Virus record (IMG/VR): IMGVR_UViG_3300046167_000815 | Coordinates: 1-64,000 of that record | Source: a virus | Strand: one strand, 5' to 3' | Length of the DNA stretch: 64,000 nucleotides | In this document: positions 20,899-34,419 of the stretch, in pieces | Position numbering within the stretch: the first letter of the stretch is position 1 | Layout: each line of letters begins with the position of its first letter | Position numbers and translations under genes: made by a program | The notes under the pieces: generated by a model | What the model was told of the DNA's origin: nothing | What the model saw: only the letters and a program-made list of their open reading frames with translations | The model's database searches: none

Positions 20899-21687
20899 AT
20901 GTACACAGGAAATACAGTATCATATAAAGCAATCATGGATAAACAGATCCGTGATTTTGGTTTTGAAATAGACGACGACTCAGGAATGGAGTGGTTAGCA
21001 GAATTTATGGCGCAAACTAAAGTCGGAATAGTAATGATCAATGATGTTGTATATATTCCTATTTGTGACGGACGTGGAGAACTTCCTATGAATTTGTATA
21101 AGATTGTACAAACTGCAAGATTAGGAGGAGTCGATAATTTAGAAGAAGCTAAATGCGGTAAAGGAAATATGGTGCCTATGAGATGGGCAACAGATCATTT
21201 TCATAAACAATACCATAAAGACGATAGAGATTATACTACGCAATCTGCTGACACATATACAGTAGAAAACGGTTATATATTTACTTCTTTTAGTAGTGGA
21301 TTTGTTTCTATGGCTATAGAGTCTTTGCCTGTTGATGCAGACGGAGCTCCTTTAATTCCTGCAGAACAAGCTTGGTTAGAAGCAGCGTCTCATCATCTTG
21401 CCTGGAAAACAGCAAGAAAACTTAGACGTACAAACTCTATTGATAAAGATTTCTATATGGAAATTATGCAAGATAGAGATTGGTACTTTGCACAAGCAGT
21501 AAATCAATCTAAACTAGATCAGAACGTAGATCAAGCAGAGTCTAGTAAAAACGCAATAGTTAGAACTATACCTGATATACAAGCTCATGCTTCTTTCTTT
21601 GCTAATCTTCAGTTACCAGAACAACGTAACTTTAGAGATATGTCATCATCAGGAACATCAAGCCCTAACAAAATTATTTCTGGATAA
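20899..21687 (+). CDS. Tail tubular / ring-1 protein
   Basis: Y.VENGYIFTSF..G, LP.D.DG.PLIP and WYFAQA motifs; directly before the muzzle gene. Confidence 0.75.
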   Translation: MYTGNTVSYKAIMDKQIRDFGFEIDDDSGMEWLAEFMAQTKVGIVMINDVVYIPICDGRGELPMNLYKIVQTARLGGVDNLEEAKCGKGNMVPMRWATDHFHKQYHKDDRDYTTQSADTYTVENGYIFTSFSSGFVSMAIESLPVDADGAPLIPAEQAWLEAASHHLAWKTARKLRRTNSIDKDFYMEIMQDRDWYFAQAVNQSKLDQNVDQAESSKNAIVRTIPDIQAHASFFANLQLPEQRNFRDMSSSGTSSPNKIISG

Positions 21688-21689
21688 AA

Positions 21690-24600
21690 ATGAAAAGAGC
21701 CGTTAATGTATATAAAGGTTTAAACTCCGATACTGCAAGAGACAGTATTAGCGGTGGTCTCTACATAGACGCACTAGATGTTAGAATTACTACTGACACA
21801 GGAGAGTCGCAAGGATGTATTACTAATATTAAAGGAAATAAAAAATATTTTACAATACCTGTTAGTGACCCAGACTTAGTAGTAAACGGAACCCCAGAAA
21901 TAATAGGAAGCACTTCTATAAGAAATACTATTATATTATTTGTTGCAGATGACGGTGGACAAAATGGTTGGATATACAGTATAGAATATTCTGATGATGA
22001 GCAACAACTTATTGGAGGACTTACTTTAATTTATAAAAACAATTCTTTAAAATTTAAAAAAGAATTTCCTATAGAAGCTGTAGGAAGATATGAAAATAGT
22101 AATATACAAAGAGTTTACTGGGTAGACTATAATAATTATATACGATCTTTAAATATTAAAGACATTGCTTTATCTACTCTTACACCTGGACTTATAGATA
22201 GTTTTCCTAGTGTAAAATTTGAACAGCCTCTATTAAAAAATGTTTTAGGCGGGGGTTCTTTACTTGTAGGTATTAATCAATATGCTTATAGATTAACTAC
22301 TGTAGACGGTAAACAAACTTTAATATCTCCTCCAGGAAATTTAATACACACTACTTCAGAGACCGAATCTGCGTTACAAAGTAGAACTTATACTGGAGAT
22401 AAAAAAGGCACTAACTCTGGGAAATCTTTACAAATAACAATAGATACTTCTAACTATTCTCATTTTGACACTATTGAACTAATTCATATACTACATGAAG
22501 ATTTAACAGGAACATCAGAAGTTTTTTCTGTAGAAACAAAAGGAATTAATGGAGCTGCTTCTGTAACATTTGTACACACAGGAACTGAGAACACAATTGT
22601 TCCTTTAGATATTGCAGAATACACAGTAAAAAACTACCCTTTTGTAACTGCAAAAAGTATAACTCAAAAAGATAATTCTTTAGTAGCCGCAAATATAAAA
22701 GGATCTAATTTTGATATAAACGATTTAATTCCTGATACAGAAAGTTTTGACGCTAAAGTTCCTAGACATAATTCTACAGGGTCTCTTCCAAATCCTGTTG
22801 TAGGAACTCCTGCACAACAAGAAATTGCTAAATTAGCCAATGCTTTTAATGTTGACTATAATATAGATGCTCATTGGGAACAAACTTGGCACGACAATAG
22901 CCAATATAAATTTCAATCGAATGGAACACGTTTAGGAGGAACAGGGCCTAACATAGAATATAATTTTCATTTACAGCCTTACCTTATAGATAATGTAGCT
23001 TCTTGTGAATTTCCTAATAATAATCATATAGGAACTGTATTAGTTAATTTAAATGATGGATACGGAAATTATGCCAATAATACCTGGGAAAACATGGCAT
23101 CTCCTTTTGTGTCTGGACTTTTAAAAGGTTACAAAAGAGGAGAAACATATAGATTTGGTATTGTATTTTATAATAAAAAAGGAGAAGCATCTTTTACAGA
23201 GTTTATAGGAGACATTAAATTTCCAGATATTTCTGATGAAGATTCTGTAAATAACTCTTCAGGAACTAATTTTTTTCCTACTAGTTTAGAAACAAATTCT
23301 AATCTTCCTGTTTCTGTAGATACTACAGCTTATGCTTTGGGAATAGAATTTAATGTAGACTTTAGTACTTGTCCTAGCTTACTTAATGAAATAGAAAGCT
23401 ATCAAATAGTAAGAGTTAAAAGATCTATTTCAGATACTAGACGTTTGTGTTCTGGTATTATGAAAGTAGGAATGAAATTTGATATTACTAGTAATGATGG
23501 AGGAGGAGGATCTGCTGACGATCCTGCTAATAACGGAGGTTATAATTTAGGAGGACCTAATTATAGCGAGGAAATACTGCACCACTTTACTTATCATCAA
23601 AGAAGATCTAATGCAGCAGATGCCCAAGAATTTCCTGGATATGGAATAAGTGGTAACTTTGCAACTATTAATAATAATCATATATTAGGCAATCCTTTTA
23701 AAGTATTTGGTGCATATGCTACTTTTTATTCTCCCGACGTATCTTATAATTTTAATGCAGTTAGAAATTCTATAGATCAAAATTCTTGTTTATTAATGAC
23801 AGGAAGATATGGGCAATATTTTTCTAACATTAATTCAGCAGTTTCTACTGCAGGAGTAGAACAAATATTTACTGATAATAATGTTACTGAAGGAAGTATA
23901 AAATCTTTTGATATAGTTTACTCTGCTCCTGCAACTACAGAAAACTTAGGAGCAAAAATAGAAGACCACAGACGTAAATTAAGGTCTGTAGGACAAGTAG
24001 ATAAAGATACTTCTCTTAAAGCTATTGAGTATGTTAAACAATGGAATGAATTAAATGTAGTAGATTTTTCTAATAGTGCACAATCAGATTCTGTAATGAG
24101 CACAGAGTTAACTACTGCTTGGGGGCCTTATTTAGGATATGATGATGTAGGAGTAAATAGTAATCTTTATTTTAGAAACTTTTTTACCTATTTAGGAAAC
24201 GCAGGTGCAGGATTAAATGATCACGAAGCAAGTAGTCCTACTCAGCCTCATCAAACTATTTTTCATAAAGGAGCTACAGGTATTACAGGGTCTTTGGCTA
24301 AAATAGATTATAATCCTTTAACAGGGCTTCCAGTAGCACAACTGTTACTAATCATGCTTTTAATACAGGAACTACTGTAGGTAGTGGGCCCGTAAGAGCA
24401 GTTAATCAAACTTTTGCTCCTTTAAATAAAGGTTTAGTACAAGAAAACTATACTAGTACTCCTATAATAGATATACTACTTCCTAAACAAGAAATTTATG
24501 GCGGCTACACTGCAGATATTTTATCAGGAAATATTTTCCAACCTGCTTCGCCTATTATATCAGTAGCTAACTTAAATCCTAAAGTTTTTGGTGGAGATAT

Positions 24601-26239
24601 ATTTCTACACATGTTTACTTTCCAGGAAAGTACAGCTTGGCTATGGGATAAATTTTATCAAAACGCTTTAAGTAACTCAAATGTAAAACAAGAGTTTAAC
24701 GAAAACAGAACTTCTACTCTTTGTTTTGTAGTAGAAACTGCAGTTAACGGAGAACTGTCTTACGGAGCAGATGTAAAAAGAGAAGTTACGTTTGATGTTG
24801 CAGGAGGTTCTTCTGGAGTAAATTCTACTATTTGGAGACAAGAAAATAATAATAGCACTACTACTTGGGGTAAACCAAATACTGCAGGACAAAAGGCTAT
24901 GTATAAAGATGTTTACAATACAGTATATTCTTCTGAAAACGATGATGTATCATTCTTTACAAAACCTCCAGCTTTTAATTCTTTAGGAAATGTAAACGAC
25001 ATTAGAGCTTATATATCACAAGTAAAGATAAATTCAGAAACTGTAGATTCTTGGACTTCTTTTGGGGTAAACGATTACTACGACGTAGATGATTACGGAC
25101 CTATAAATAAAATAATTACTTGGAGAGATAACGTATACTATTTCCAAGATAAAGCTGTAGGAGCATATTCTATTAACCCTAGAGCGATATCTTCACCTGG
25201 AGACGGTATTCCTACAGAGTTAGGATCTGCAAAAGGATTTAATGACCATACTTATCTTTCTACTAAATATGGAAGTATACACCAATGGTCAGTAAAAGAT
25301 TTAGAATCGGGAATATATTATTTTGACGGAACACATAAAAAGATTTTTAGAATATCTGGATCATCAGAACCTTTATCAGAAATGAAAGGACTTCACGGTT
25401 TACTAAAAAACTTTAACGGAAATATTTCTTTACGTAAAGAAAATGCAGGAGACAATCCTATATTAGGAGCGGGTGTACATACTACTAGAGACAGAGTTAA
25501 TAATGAAATATTATTTACTTTCTTAGGTACTTGGAAAGCCTCTGAGTTAAACGGAAACACTTTGTATTCTGAAGGTGAAATAGTAACTTACGGAGGAGCT
25601 AACTTTATAATAAGTACTACTTATACTTCTACAAACACTTCAAAAGAAGATGTGTTAGTAGCAGAGCTATATCAAAACTCTACAGTAACTACATTGTTGC
25701 CAGACGATAAAATTACTCTTGTATTTGACGAGCTTGTAAATCAGTTCTCTTCTCGTTATAGTGCTACTCCTCCAATCTATATAGAAAACGGAGATATATT
25801 ACTTTCTGCAGATCCTAGCAAACACAACGAAATTTACCAACACAATAAGGGTAACTGGGGAGAGTTCTATGGAAAAACAGAAGAGATGTCTATTAAGTTA
25901 GTACTAAACGAAAATGCTGACTTTAATAAAATACTTAGAACTTTAGAATTTAATTCTATTGTAAGAGATAATCAAAAAAATATAGACCGTACTAAAACTA
26001 TTACGGCTTTCCGTGTAGAAACAGAATACCAAGACACAGGTAAAATAGATTACGATTCAGGAAGAATTAAACGTAGATTCGACAAGTGGAGAGTACATTT
26101 ACCTAGAGATACAAAAAGCCCTGGACAAGATCGTTTGAGAAGTACTTATTTTATTTTAACTTTATACTTTGATAATACAGACAATCGTGAGCTAATTCTC
26201 GATAGAATTTTGTATTATTATGACATACAGATATTCTAA
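21690..26239 (+). CDS. Tail stabilisation / muzzle (nozzle) protein, one frameshift at ~24339
   Basis: KGLNSD, RVYWVDY.N, KGYKRGETYRFGIVFY, YGGY and FGGDIF (in the frame bridging 24340-24611), YG.I.K, RLRSTY motifs; the two ORFs join into about 1500 aa. Confidence 0.85.
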
Positions 26240-29200
26240 TGGCAAAGAAAAAAATTTATATAGATCCTTCAAAACGTGGTACGTTTACAGCAGAAGCTAA
26301 AAAACGTGGTATGGGTGTACAAGAATTTGCTTCAAAAGTAATGTCTAATAAAGATAGGTACTCTTCTTCAATGGTTAAACAAGCAAACTTTGCACGTAAT
26401 GCTGCTAATTGGAATCAAGACGGAGGAAATATAGATTCTATGAATGCTATGATGAAAGCAAGATTAGCATATGCTAATGAATTTGGAAATAATAGTGCTA
26501 AAAGAATGGTTGCTCCTGTAGATAATTCATATGATTTTGGCGATGGTAGAACAGGTACTCATTATATGGGCAGTTACGGCAATTATGCTATTCCTAATAT
26601 ACAAGACGTAGAAGGAAGTCTTCAAATGACAGGTCCTAGAATGGACGAAGCTATATTTTTTGATCGTCCTGAAGATGCTACTTATTTTGCCAATGAAAAC
26701 TATAAACGTGTATCTCCAGCATTCCAACAAAACGGAGGAAATATGAATGCTGTAAGTTTAATGGGTTACAGAGATGATTCTCCTTTTCGTAATGAAGAAA
26801 GTCTTAATATATACTCTCCTGACGGGCTTATAGATATGTCTAATGTAGGCATGCCTATAGTAGCTAACGGCCAAGTATTAGATCCTTATTCTGGAATAAA
26901 TCAAGTACCTCCTACAAAAAGTGGTTACGTAAGGGAAACTCCTTTAGAAACTTTTGAAAATGGAGGACGTATGGTTCCGCCTAATATTCCTATGTATTAC
27001 CAAGATTTTGGAACACCTATTTATAGAGATACAACTGAGATTCCTCCTAGTTTTCAAAATGGAGGCGGTCTTTATACATATCCTGGAAGACCTGGAGCAG
27101 TATATGAAAAAGGAACAGACGGAAATTGGAAAATTAATTTAGGAGCTGATACGCAAGGAAAATTTATTCCTATTGTAGATCCTAGATTAACAAGAACAGA
27201 ACAGTTAAATTTAAATGCTGTTCCTTTAGAAGAAACAGAATCTGTTGTTCCAGGTTACAATGAGTCTGCTTACTTTGACGATTTAAAATATTTAGAAAAC
27301 AGTATTAAAAAAGGATTTAAAGACGGTAGATGGTATCCGCATGTTTCTTTAGAAGGAGGTGAAAAAACAATTGCATACGGCCATAAATTAAAAAAAGGAG
27401 AAGATTTTTCTAAAGGACTCTCTCAAGAAGAGGCCGAGGCTTTAATGCTTAAAGACTATACTGTTAAAAAATCTTCTGCTCAAAAACATGTAGATAAAGA
27501 ATTTGGAAAAGGAACTTTTGAAAATTTAGATCCTCGTAAACAAATACTATTAACAGACTATCAATATAATGTAGGACTTACTAAATTTCCTAAATTAACT
27601 GAGGCAGTAGTAACAGATAATATAGATGCTGCTTTAAAAGAATACAAAAGATATCACAGTGGTAAAAAACCTTTAGTAGAAAGAAATAAATGGACAGAAG
27701 AACAAATAAAATCTTTTGCCTACGGAGGTAATATTTATAAATCTGGCGGCTACACAGTTACTAGATCTAACGACAGAAAAGGTAAAACTCATAAGGTAAC
27801 TAGAAAGTCAGATGGCAAAGTTAAATATTACGGCCATCCTATGAGAAACCAACCAAAGAATAAAAAAGTAAAAGAGGCTGCTGAAGCTAGACACAGAGCT
27901 CAAGGAAATTTCCGTAATCCTTTCTTTAAAGCTTATTGGGATAAAACTTGGAAAAACGGTGGAGTAATGGACTCTTATAATTCTTATCAATTTGGAGGTT
28001 CTATGCAAGAACTGCAAGAAAAAGAATCTAAAAGTTATTACGATGTAGAAGGTGTAAATAAAGAAAAACTACAAGAATGGTATAATATTGGTAAAGTTGC
28101 TCCTACTAATATTGGAGAAGCAAAGTTATTAGCAGAAGCAATAGGATATACTCCTGCTCAATCAAATATTGTAGCGGCACAATGGGCTTTAGAATCTGCT
28201 AGAGGAACAAAAACAGGAGGACAATTTAATTATTTTGGTATTAAATCTCATAGTAAAGCAACTAGAGATAAATTAAAAAATAAATACAATATAAATGTAT
28301 CTACTGCTGCACCAGTATCTACTCAAGAAGAATTTACTCCAGGCAAAAAAGAAACAATTAAATCTAGTTTTTTAAATTTTGATGATCCTATAGCTGCTTT
28401 TTTAGGACACAAAGCATTTTTAGAAACTAATAAAAGATATGAAAAAGCTTTAAAAGCAGAAACTTCTTTTGATTTTGCTAAAGAGTTAAAAAATGCAGGA
28501 TATGCAACTTCTGCAAAATATGCTCCTACTTTAGGGTCTATAGCTTATCCTTTTTTATCTTCAGAAGAAATAGAAAAGTTTAAAAGTTTAGGATCAAAAA
28601 TAAAAGACACATTACCAAAAGATAAAAAAACAAAATTAGTACAAGATAATATTGCACCCACACCCGTAGTTAAAGATGTTTTTACTCCTACAGAAATTCC
28701 AGGAACTAAAGTATCAGACGCTAAATTATTTGAAAGAAATATGAAACTGCCAAAAAACACAACCAACTTAGAAATAAAAAATGTCGTTCCTAAAAGAACT
28801 CCACAATTTGGGGCTTCTGCATTTGGACAAGGACAAATGTTTAAAACATACGGAGGTAAAACTTACCAAGGAAATGTGTATAGAAACGGAGAAATTCTTG
28901 CTGGAATAGGCGCAGGATTATATGGTGCTGCAGAAGGAATTCTTGATACAGTGACTCTTGGTCTTACTGATAACCTAACTGATAAAGGTTTTGACGCTCT
29001 TTTTACAGGAGAAAAAAATAAAAATGTAGGCGGAATTAGAGGAGCAGGTAATGTTGTAGGGGGAGTTGCAGGAGGATTTATTAATCCTGCAGGAACAGGA
29101 GCTGCGGTAGGACAAGTTGCTGGAGGTATGGGAGAAATGGCAGAAGCAACAGGAAACGAAAGATTAGACGCTGCAGGAAATGTTATAGAAGCTACAGGAA

Positions 29201-31408
29201 ATGTAGTAGGGAACTTTGTAGCTTATGGCGGGAACATACATCAAGTTGATCCTAATATGTCTGTAGGAACAAATATGTTAGGAAAACAATATGCTATTCC
29301 TGCAGGATATAAAGAAATGTATCAACAAAATTTAGGAGAAGCTATTCCTGAAGGAGCTACTTTATCACAAAGTGCTTTTGATTTATTTAATACTCAAGGA
29401 AAAATATCTAGTTGGAACGCTCCAAATACTCCAGACCCTTCTGCTGAAAAAGCTTATAAATACGCTGACTACAGTACTGGAAGCGGAGATGTAAGAGCTA
29501 ACCCACAAAGTAGAGCAAAACAAAGTGATTACGTTAAACCAGGACAAGTAAAAATGGTACATCCAGACGGAAGGTCTATGTATACAGATCCGCAAAATGC
29601 ACAGTTATTAATACAAAAAGGTTACCAACAAGAAGGAGTTAATCTTGTTGACGCTGCTACTTTTGGATACGGAGGTAAATATTATGGTTACGGAAGTAAG
29701 ATGTACAACGATTATGCAAAAGGAGGTAAACTTCCTGAAAGTGTATTACGTAGTAGACTAGAATCTCATATGTCAAAATCAGAAGCTGATGATTACATCA
29801 ACAGTTATAAGAAAGGCGGTAACATGATTAAAAGAGCAGACGGTTCTTATAGTCAAAGAGGATTGTGGGATAATATTAGAGCTAATAAAGGTTCTGGTAA
29901 AAAGCCTACTAAAGAAATGCTAAAACAAGAAAAGAAAATAAAAGGCAATAAAAAAACTTACGGAAGCAACATGTACAATAATGGAGGTTTCGGTATGAAT
30001 ACTATGAATGAAATTCCTGTAACAGAATTTAATGCAGGAGGCACTCACGAACAAAATCCTTTAGGAGGAATTCCACAAGGAATGGGAACTAATGGAAAAG
30101 TTAATTTAGTAGAACAAGGAGAGTTAAAAATAACAGATCCTAGAGATCCTTCTGGACAGTCTAAATTTATTGTATCTGCACAAAAAGATATGATTATTAC
30201 TAAAGAAATAGCAGAAGAAAATAATCTTCCTAAAACTTTTGTAAATAAAACTGTTCGTAAAGCAGCAGACATGTTGTTAAGAAAAGATTCTAGAAGAGAA
30301 GGAGATACTATTGAAGAAAATTCTAAACAACAAGACCTTATAGGATTTTTACAAGCTCATGAAACTTTAACTGCTATGAAAGAAGCAGAACAAAATGCAG
30401 AGTTTCAAGAAAAAATGATGACTCTTTCAGAAGAGTACCCTGAGCAAATGGCTACTATAATGCCTCCTCAATCAGAAATGGAAACAGAGATGGCTCCAGA
30501 AATGCCTAACCAAATTCCATTAGGAATGGCTATGCGATATGGAGGTAAAAAGAAAAAATACAAATATGGACACGGATCTAATATGTATACAATGGGAACA
30601 AATGTTCACCAAGTAGATCCAAACATGACATCTTTTACTCCTACTTTTCCTGAACCTACGCCTTTTTCTGCTGGTGTTGCCGACACTCTTCCTTTAAGAC
30701 CTTTTGCAGAAATGGATACTGCAGGTACTCCTAGTACTTCAGATTTTTTAGGATTATCTGACTCTCAAAAATTTGAAACAACAGACAGAGAATTAGCTAG
30801 TTATAAAGAAATGCAAGATACAGATAGTCAAGATTCTGAAAAACAAAGTTTTGTAAATTATGCAGGACAGCTTTTACCTGCTGCTTTAAATATAGGTATG
30901 GGGACTTTTTGGAAAAGAAGACACTGTTAATCTAGGAAGAGTATCTTCTAGAACTTTGCCAGAAACAGACGTTAGTCAACAATTAAGAGATGCAAGAATG
31001 AGCGCTGCTAGAACTGCTAATCAAATGCGAGGATCAGGACAAGCAGGAAGTTATTTAGCAAATATTGCTAATTTAAAAAATATTGATGATGCTACAAAAG
31101 CTAGAATATATCAAGATAAATACAATAGAGATGCGGCCATAGCTGCTAGACAAGCACAAATGGATATAAATGTAGATCGAGCTAACTTAGGTCTAAAAGC
31201 ACAAGAAGAACAATACAAGAGAGCTGCTGAAGCTGCTAAACAAAAACAACTATTTACAGGAATAGGGCAGGCAGCACAAAAACTTAGAGCAGATCAATTA
31301 GATGATATAGCTCAAGCATACAATAGACAATTTTCTGATAGATATGGATTTGATTATGAAAAACCTTTTCAAAGAAAAAATAAAAGAAAAAATAAAAACG
31401 GTAACTAA
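26239..31408 (+). CDS. Multidomain cargo/ejection protein with lysozyme-like and GH73 glucosaminidase-like domains (frameshift at ~30902)
   Basis: Removing one G at 30900-30903 gives IGMGLFGKEDTVNLGRVSSRTLPETDVSQ, fusing ORFs 26239-30930 and 30956-31408 (about 1720 aa). Lysozyme-like LEN...EGGEKTIAYGHKL...YNVG (~27270-27720); GH73 AAQWALES.RG, NYFGIK, GYAT..KYA (~28100-28550); GGTHEQNPLGG core motif. Confidence 0.8.
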
Positions 31409-31436
31409 GGTTAAGAGAAAAAAGCCAAAATAAATA

Positions 31437-34415
31437 ATGGATATGAATAAGTTTCAATTAGGCACTATATTGCCGCAGACACAAGCAATTCCTTTTCAAT
31501 ATACTCCTTTAGGATTAGAAGCTTTTGCTCAACCTATTGCTATGAAGCAACAAAGGTTTGATACTGTTTTAGGCGCTGTAGAGGATACAGAATTTAATAT
31601 AGAACATCTTTCGGGAGATAAACAATCTCAAGAAAAATTAAAACAAGAATTAGAAGAACACAAAGCTGCTTTACTTGCAGACTTAGATAAAACTTCTAAT
31701 TATAAAGATGCCGCACGTAGACTTAAAACTCTTAATAAAATTTATAATTCAGATGCAGAAATTACAGGCATTAGAAATCAAGCAGCTTCTTTTGCTGCAG
31801 AAGATAAAGTTGCAAGAGAGCGTATAGATGGAAAAACTTATACTCAAGATGATTACGAAAAGTGGAAGTTTAAAGCATTAAATAGTTATAATGAACAAGG
31901 AGGTCTTAATTTTGATAGAGCTACTGGAAACTATACTCCTATAGACGTATCTCAACGAGGTGATAATTTAGAAAAAGAAATTAGAGACGATGCTCAAAAA
32001 TCCGCTAAGAGTACTCCTATGCAAATAAGAGAAACTTATGGTGATATAGATCCTGGTACTATGTCTAGAATAGAAACTCTTTATAAAGAAAGATCTTTAG
32101 ACCCTACAGCTACTCATCAAGGTATTGCATTAGAAATAGAAAACTGGCTTAAACAATCAGATCGTTATAAAAACTTTATTGAGGAAAAAGCAGAATACGA
32201 TTTTTATTACGACTCAAGACATAATCCTAATTTTATTGATGATGTTCTTAGTAATCAAGAAGCAAGATATGAAGATACTATGTCTATTTATTCTCAACTT
32301 GCTCAACAACCAGAAGTAGGAAGCGATAAAAGGGAGGAATATCAAAATATAGTAAAAAAATTAGGAAGAAATTATAATGAATTTTTAGATTTAAAAGAAC
32401 AAGCACAAGCTAGTAATAAAATGTTGCCGCTTGCAGAACAACTTTATATAGAAAATGTTAAAGGAGACTATTTAGGAGATGTAGCTAGAGCAGCAGGAGA
32501 CTTAGTAGATGTAAGCCAAGTTAAATTTAATATTAAAGAAGGCGGATCTGGATCAGGAAGTGGCGTTGCAAAAAAACTTGAAAATATTGAAAATTTAGAA
32601 GTAAATACTTCTACTATAGATTATAGTGCTAAAAATGCTCCTATAATACAAGGAGGTTCTACTTCTGCTCTTGATGTAACTGAACAAGAAAAAATATTTA
32701 ATAAAGGGCAAGCAGAATTAGTTAGAGATTTTGATTTCCCGCATAGAGATTCAGAAGCTTTTAAAGCTAGTCAAATTATAAGTAACGATGACAATATAAA
32801 TCTTTTAAAAGAAGAAGACCAAACTAAATTTAGAGCAGTTTCTGACGACGCAAACGATTTTTATACTCTTATGAAGAGAGATGAAAAGTTTGAAAAGAGT
32901 ATAGAAGATAAAGACTTACAAATAGAAGAGTTAAGGAAAGTTCTTAGTACAGGAACTGCAAATGAAATAGCAGAAGCTACTTCTAAAATTACAGGTCTTA
33001 ACCAAGATAAAGAAGAAATAAAATTACAAAGAGAAGCAGAGTTTAATGAAATAGATAATTTATTAGATGAAGCTTATCCTGTAGTTACTGGAGGCAATAG
33101 ACTAGTTCCTGAATTAGATAATTTTAATCTTACTACTGCTACTAGACAAGAAAAATATAAAGCATTTTATAATTTATATAAAGATCAACTTGTAAGTCAA
33201 TCTAATCTTTTTAGTACAGAAAGGGCTGCTTCTAGTCAAGTAGAAAGTGATCTAGGTACTTTAGAAGAAGTACGTAAACAAGAAGAATTAGAAAAACAAC
33301 AAAGACTACAAGATGAAGGAACTTTAGCTGAAGTAGGAAAAGTTTCTTTATCAGAAACTCCTACTGAATTTACTCTTAGTATTTTTAATGCAAGTTATCC
33401 TAGTCATACAGCAATTCAAACTTTAAGAAATTCTTTAACTGCTCGTAGTGCTGCAACAACTCATGAAGTTATTGTAGATGAACACAGTAATGCATTTACA
33501 GAGGGTACTCTTAAAAAAATTACAGATGAATTTGAAAAAAATCCTCCAGGTTCTGATGGAGCAGGAAAAGTAGTAAACTTTGATGCAGCTACTGGAAAAA
33601 TTACTTATCTACCTAAAGTGGTTAACTATAATTTAGAAAATTATGAAAAACCTGCATATGAAGGAAGAGCTAAAGGACCTGAAGAAAATACTATAGATCT
33701 TTTTAGATACAATAGAATGCCTTTAGACAAAGCAGAAATAGCCAAAATAATTAAAAGAACAAAAACAACAGAAGGAGAAGTTACTAATGAAGAGGTTAGA
33801 GAGTGGAAACAAAATAATCCTCAAACTATGGTACTTGCTTCAATAGGTAAAAGTTATAATGTTGATCAAAAAGCTGCTAAAACATTTACAGAGTACGCAG
33901 GAGCTGCAATAGCAGGCGATAACCCTTACGCTTTTGAAACAGTGTTAAATAGTTATTCTGCTATAAATATTTTAACAGATCCTGATAGAAGAAAAAGATA
34001 TAACCAAATGTCTTCGTCTTTACAGCAGTTAATTAAACAAAAAAATACTAATAGAGTATTAACGCAAACTCCTAATATATGGCAAAGTGACGGAGAAACT
34101 AGTTCGGGGTATTTTTTAGATTATAGATATGAACCAGATCCAATTAATAAAGAATTAGGAAAAATAATAGTAGACGTTAGTCAAATTACTATAAATAATG
34201 CAACAGGAGAACAGTTATCAAACACTCCAGTAACTACTCATACAATGCCTGGTATAAATTCTCAAAGTATTAGAGCTATGGATGTTTTTTATGGAGTAGG
34301 TAATGATGATGACGTAGTAAGAAATCCACAAGCAAACTTAGGAGAAGATGCTTTTCTTCCTGCAAGTTTTTTGCCTTTAGACTATTTAAAACTAAAGCAT
34401 AGATACGGTAAATAA
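31437..34415 (+). CDS. Cargo/ejection protein (992 aa)
   Basis: Large, helical, no Cys seen; N-terminal YTPL..E motif; located in the ejection-protein cluster. Confidence 0.6.
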   Translation: MDMNKFQLGTILPQTQAIPFQYTPLGLEAFAQPIAMKQQRFDTVLGAVEDTEFNIEHLSGDKQSQEKLKQELEEHKAALLADLDKTSNYKDAARRLKTLNKIYNSDAEITGIRNQAASFAAEDKVARERIDGKTYTQDDYEKWKFKALNSYNEQGGLNFDRATGNYTPIDVSQRGDNLEKEIRDDAQKSAKSTPMQIRETYGDIDPGTMSRIETLYKERSLDPTATHQGIALEIENWLKQSDRYKNFIEEKAEYDFYYDSRHNPNFIDDVLSNQEARYEDTMSIYSQLAQQPEVGSDKREEYQNIVKKLGRNYNEFLDLKEQAQASNKMLPLAEQLYIENVKGDYLGDVARAAGDLVDVSQVKFNIKEGGSGSGSGVAKKLENIENLEVNTSTIDYSAKNAPIIQGGSTSALDVTEQEKIFNKGQAELVRDFDFPHRDSEAFKASQIISNDDNINLLKEEDQTKFRAVSDDANDFYTLMKRDEKFEKSIEDKDLQIEELRKVLSTGTANEIAEATSKITGLNQDKEEIKLQREAEFNEIDNLLDEAYPVVTGGNRLVPELDNFNLTTATRQEKYKAFYNLYKDQLVSQSNLFSTERAASSQVESDLGTLEEVRKQEELEKQQRLQDEGTLAEVGKVSLSETPTEFTLSIFNASYPSHTAIQTLRNSLTARSAATTHEVIVDEHSNAFTEGTLKKITDEFEKNPPGSDGAGKVVNFDAATGKITYLPKVVNYNLENYEKPAYEGRAKGPEENTIDLFRYNRMPLDKAEIAKIIKRTKTTEGEVTNEEVREWKQNNPQTMVLASIGKSYNVDQKAAKTFTEYAGAAIAGDNPYAFETVLNSYSAINILTDPDRRKRYNQMSSSLQQLIKQKNTNRVLTQTPNIWQSDGETSSGYFLDYRYEPDPINKELGKIIVDVSQITINNATGEQLSNTPVTTHTMPGINSQSIRAMDVFYGVGNDDDVVRNPQANLGEDAFLPASFLPLDYLKLKHRYGK

Positions 34416-34419
34416 TTTT

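Noticed and set aside
29230-30630. Repeated peptide HQVDPNM (~29239 and ~30607) as a mobile or DGR repeat
   Set aside because: Only about 8 codons with synonymous differences; better explained as part of the GG-delimited cassette architecture.
30890-30960. Programmed frameshift, or a real C-terminal Cys (..KRRHC) in the first cargo protein
   Set aside because: An extra G in a G-run matches the error pattern seen elsewhere; the Cys lies in the out-of-frame tail and was excluded from the terminal-Cys finding.
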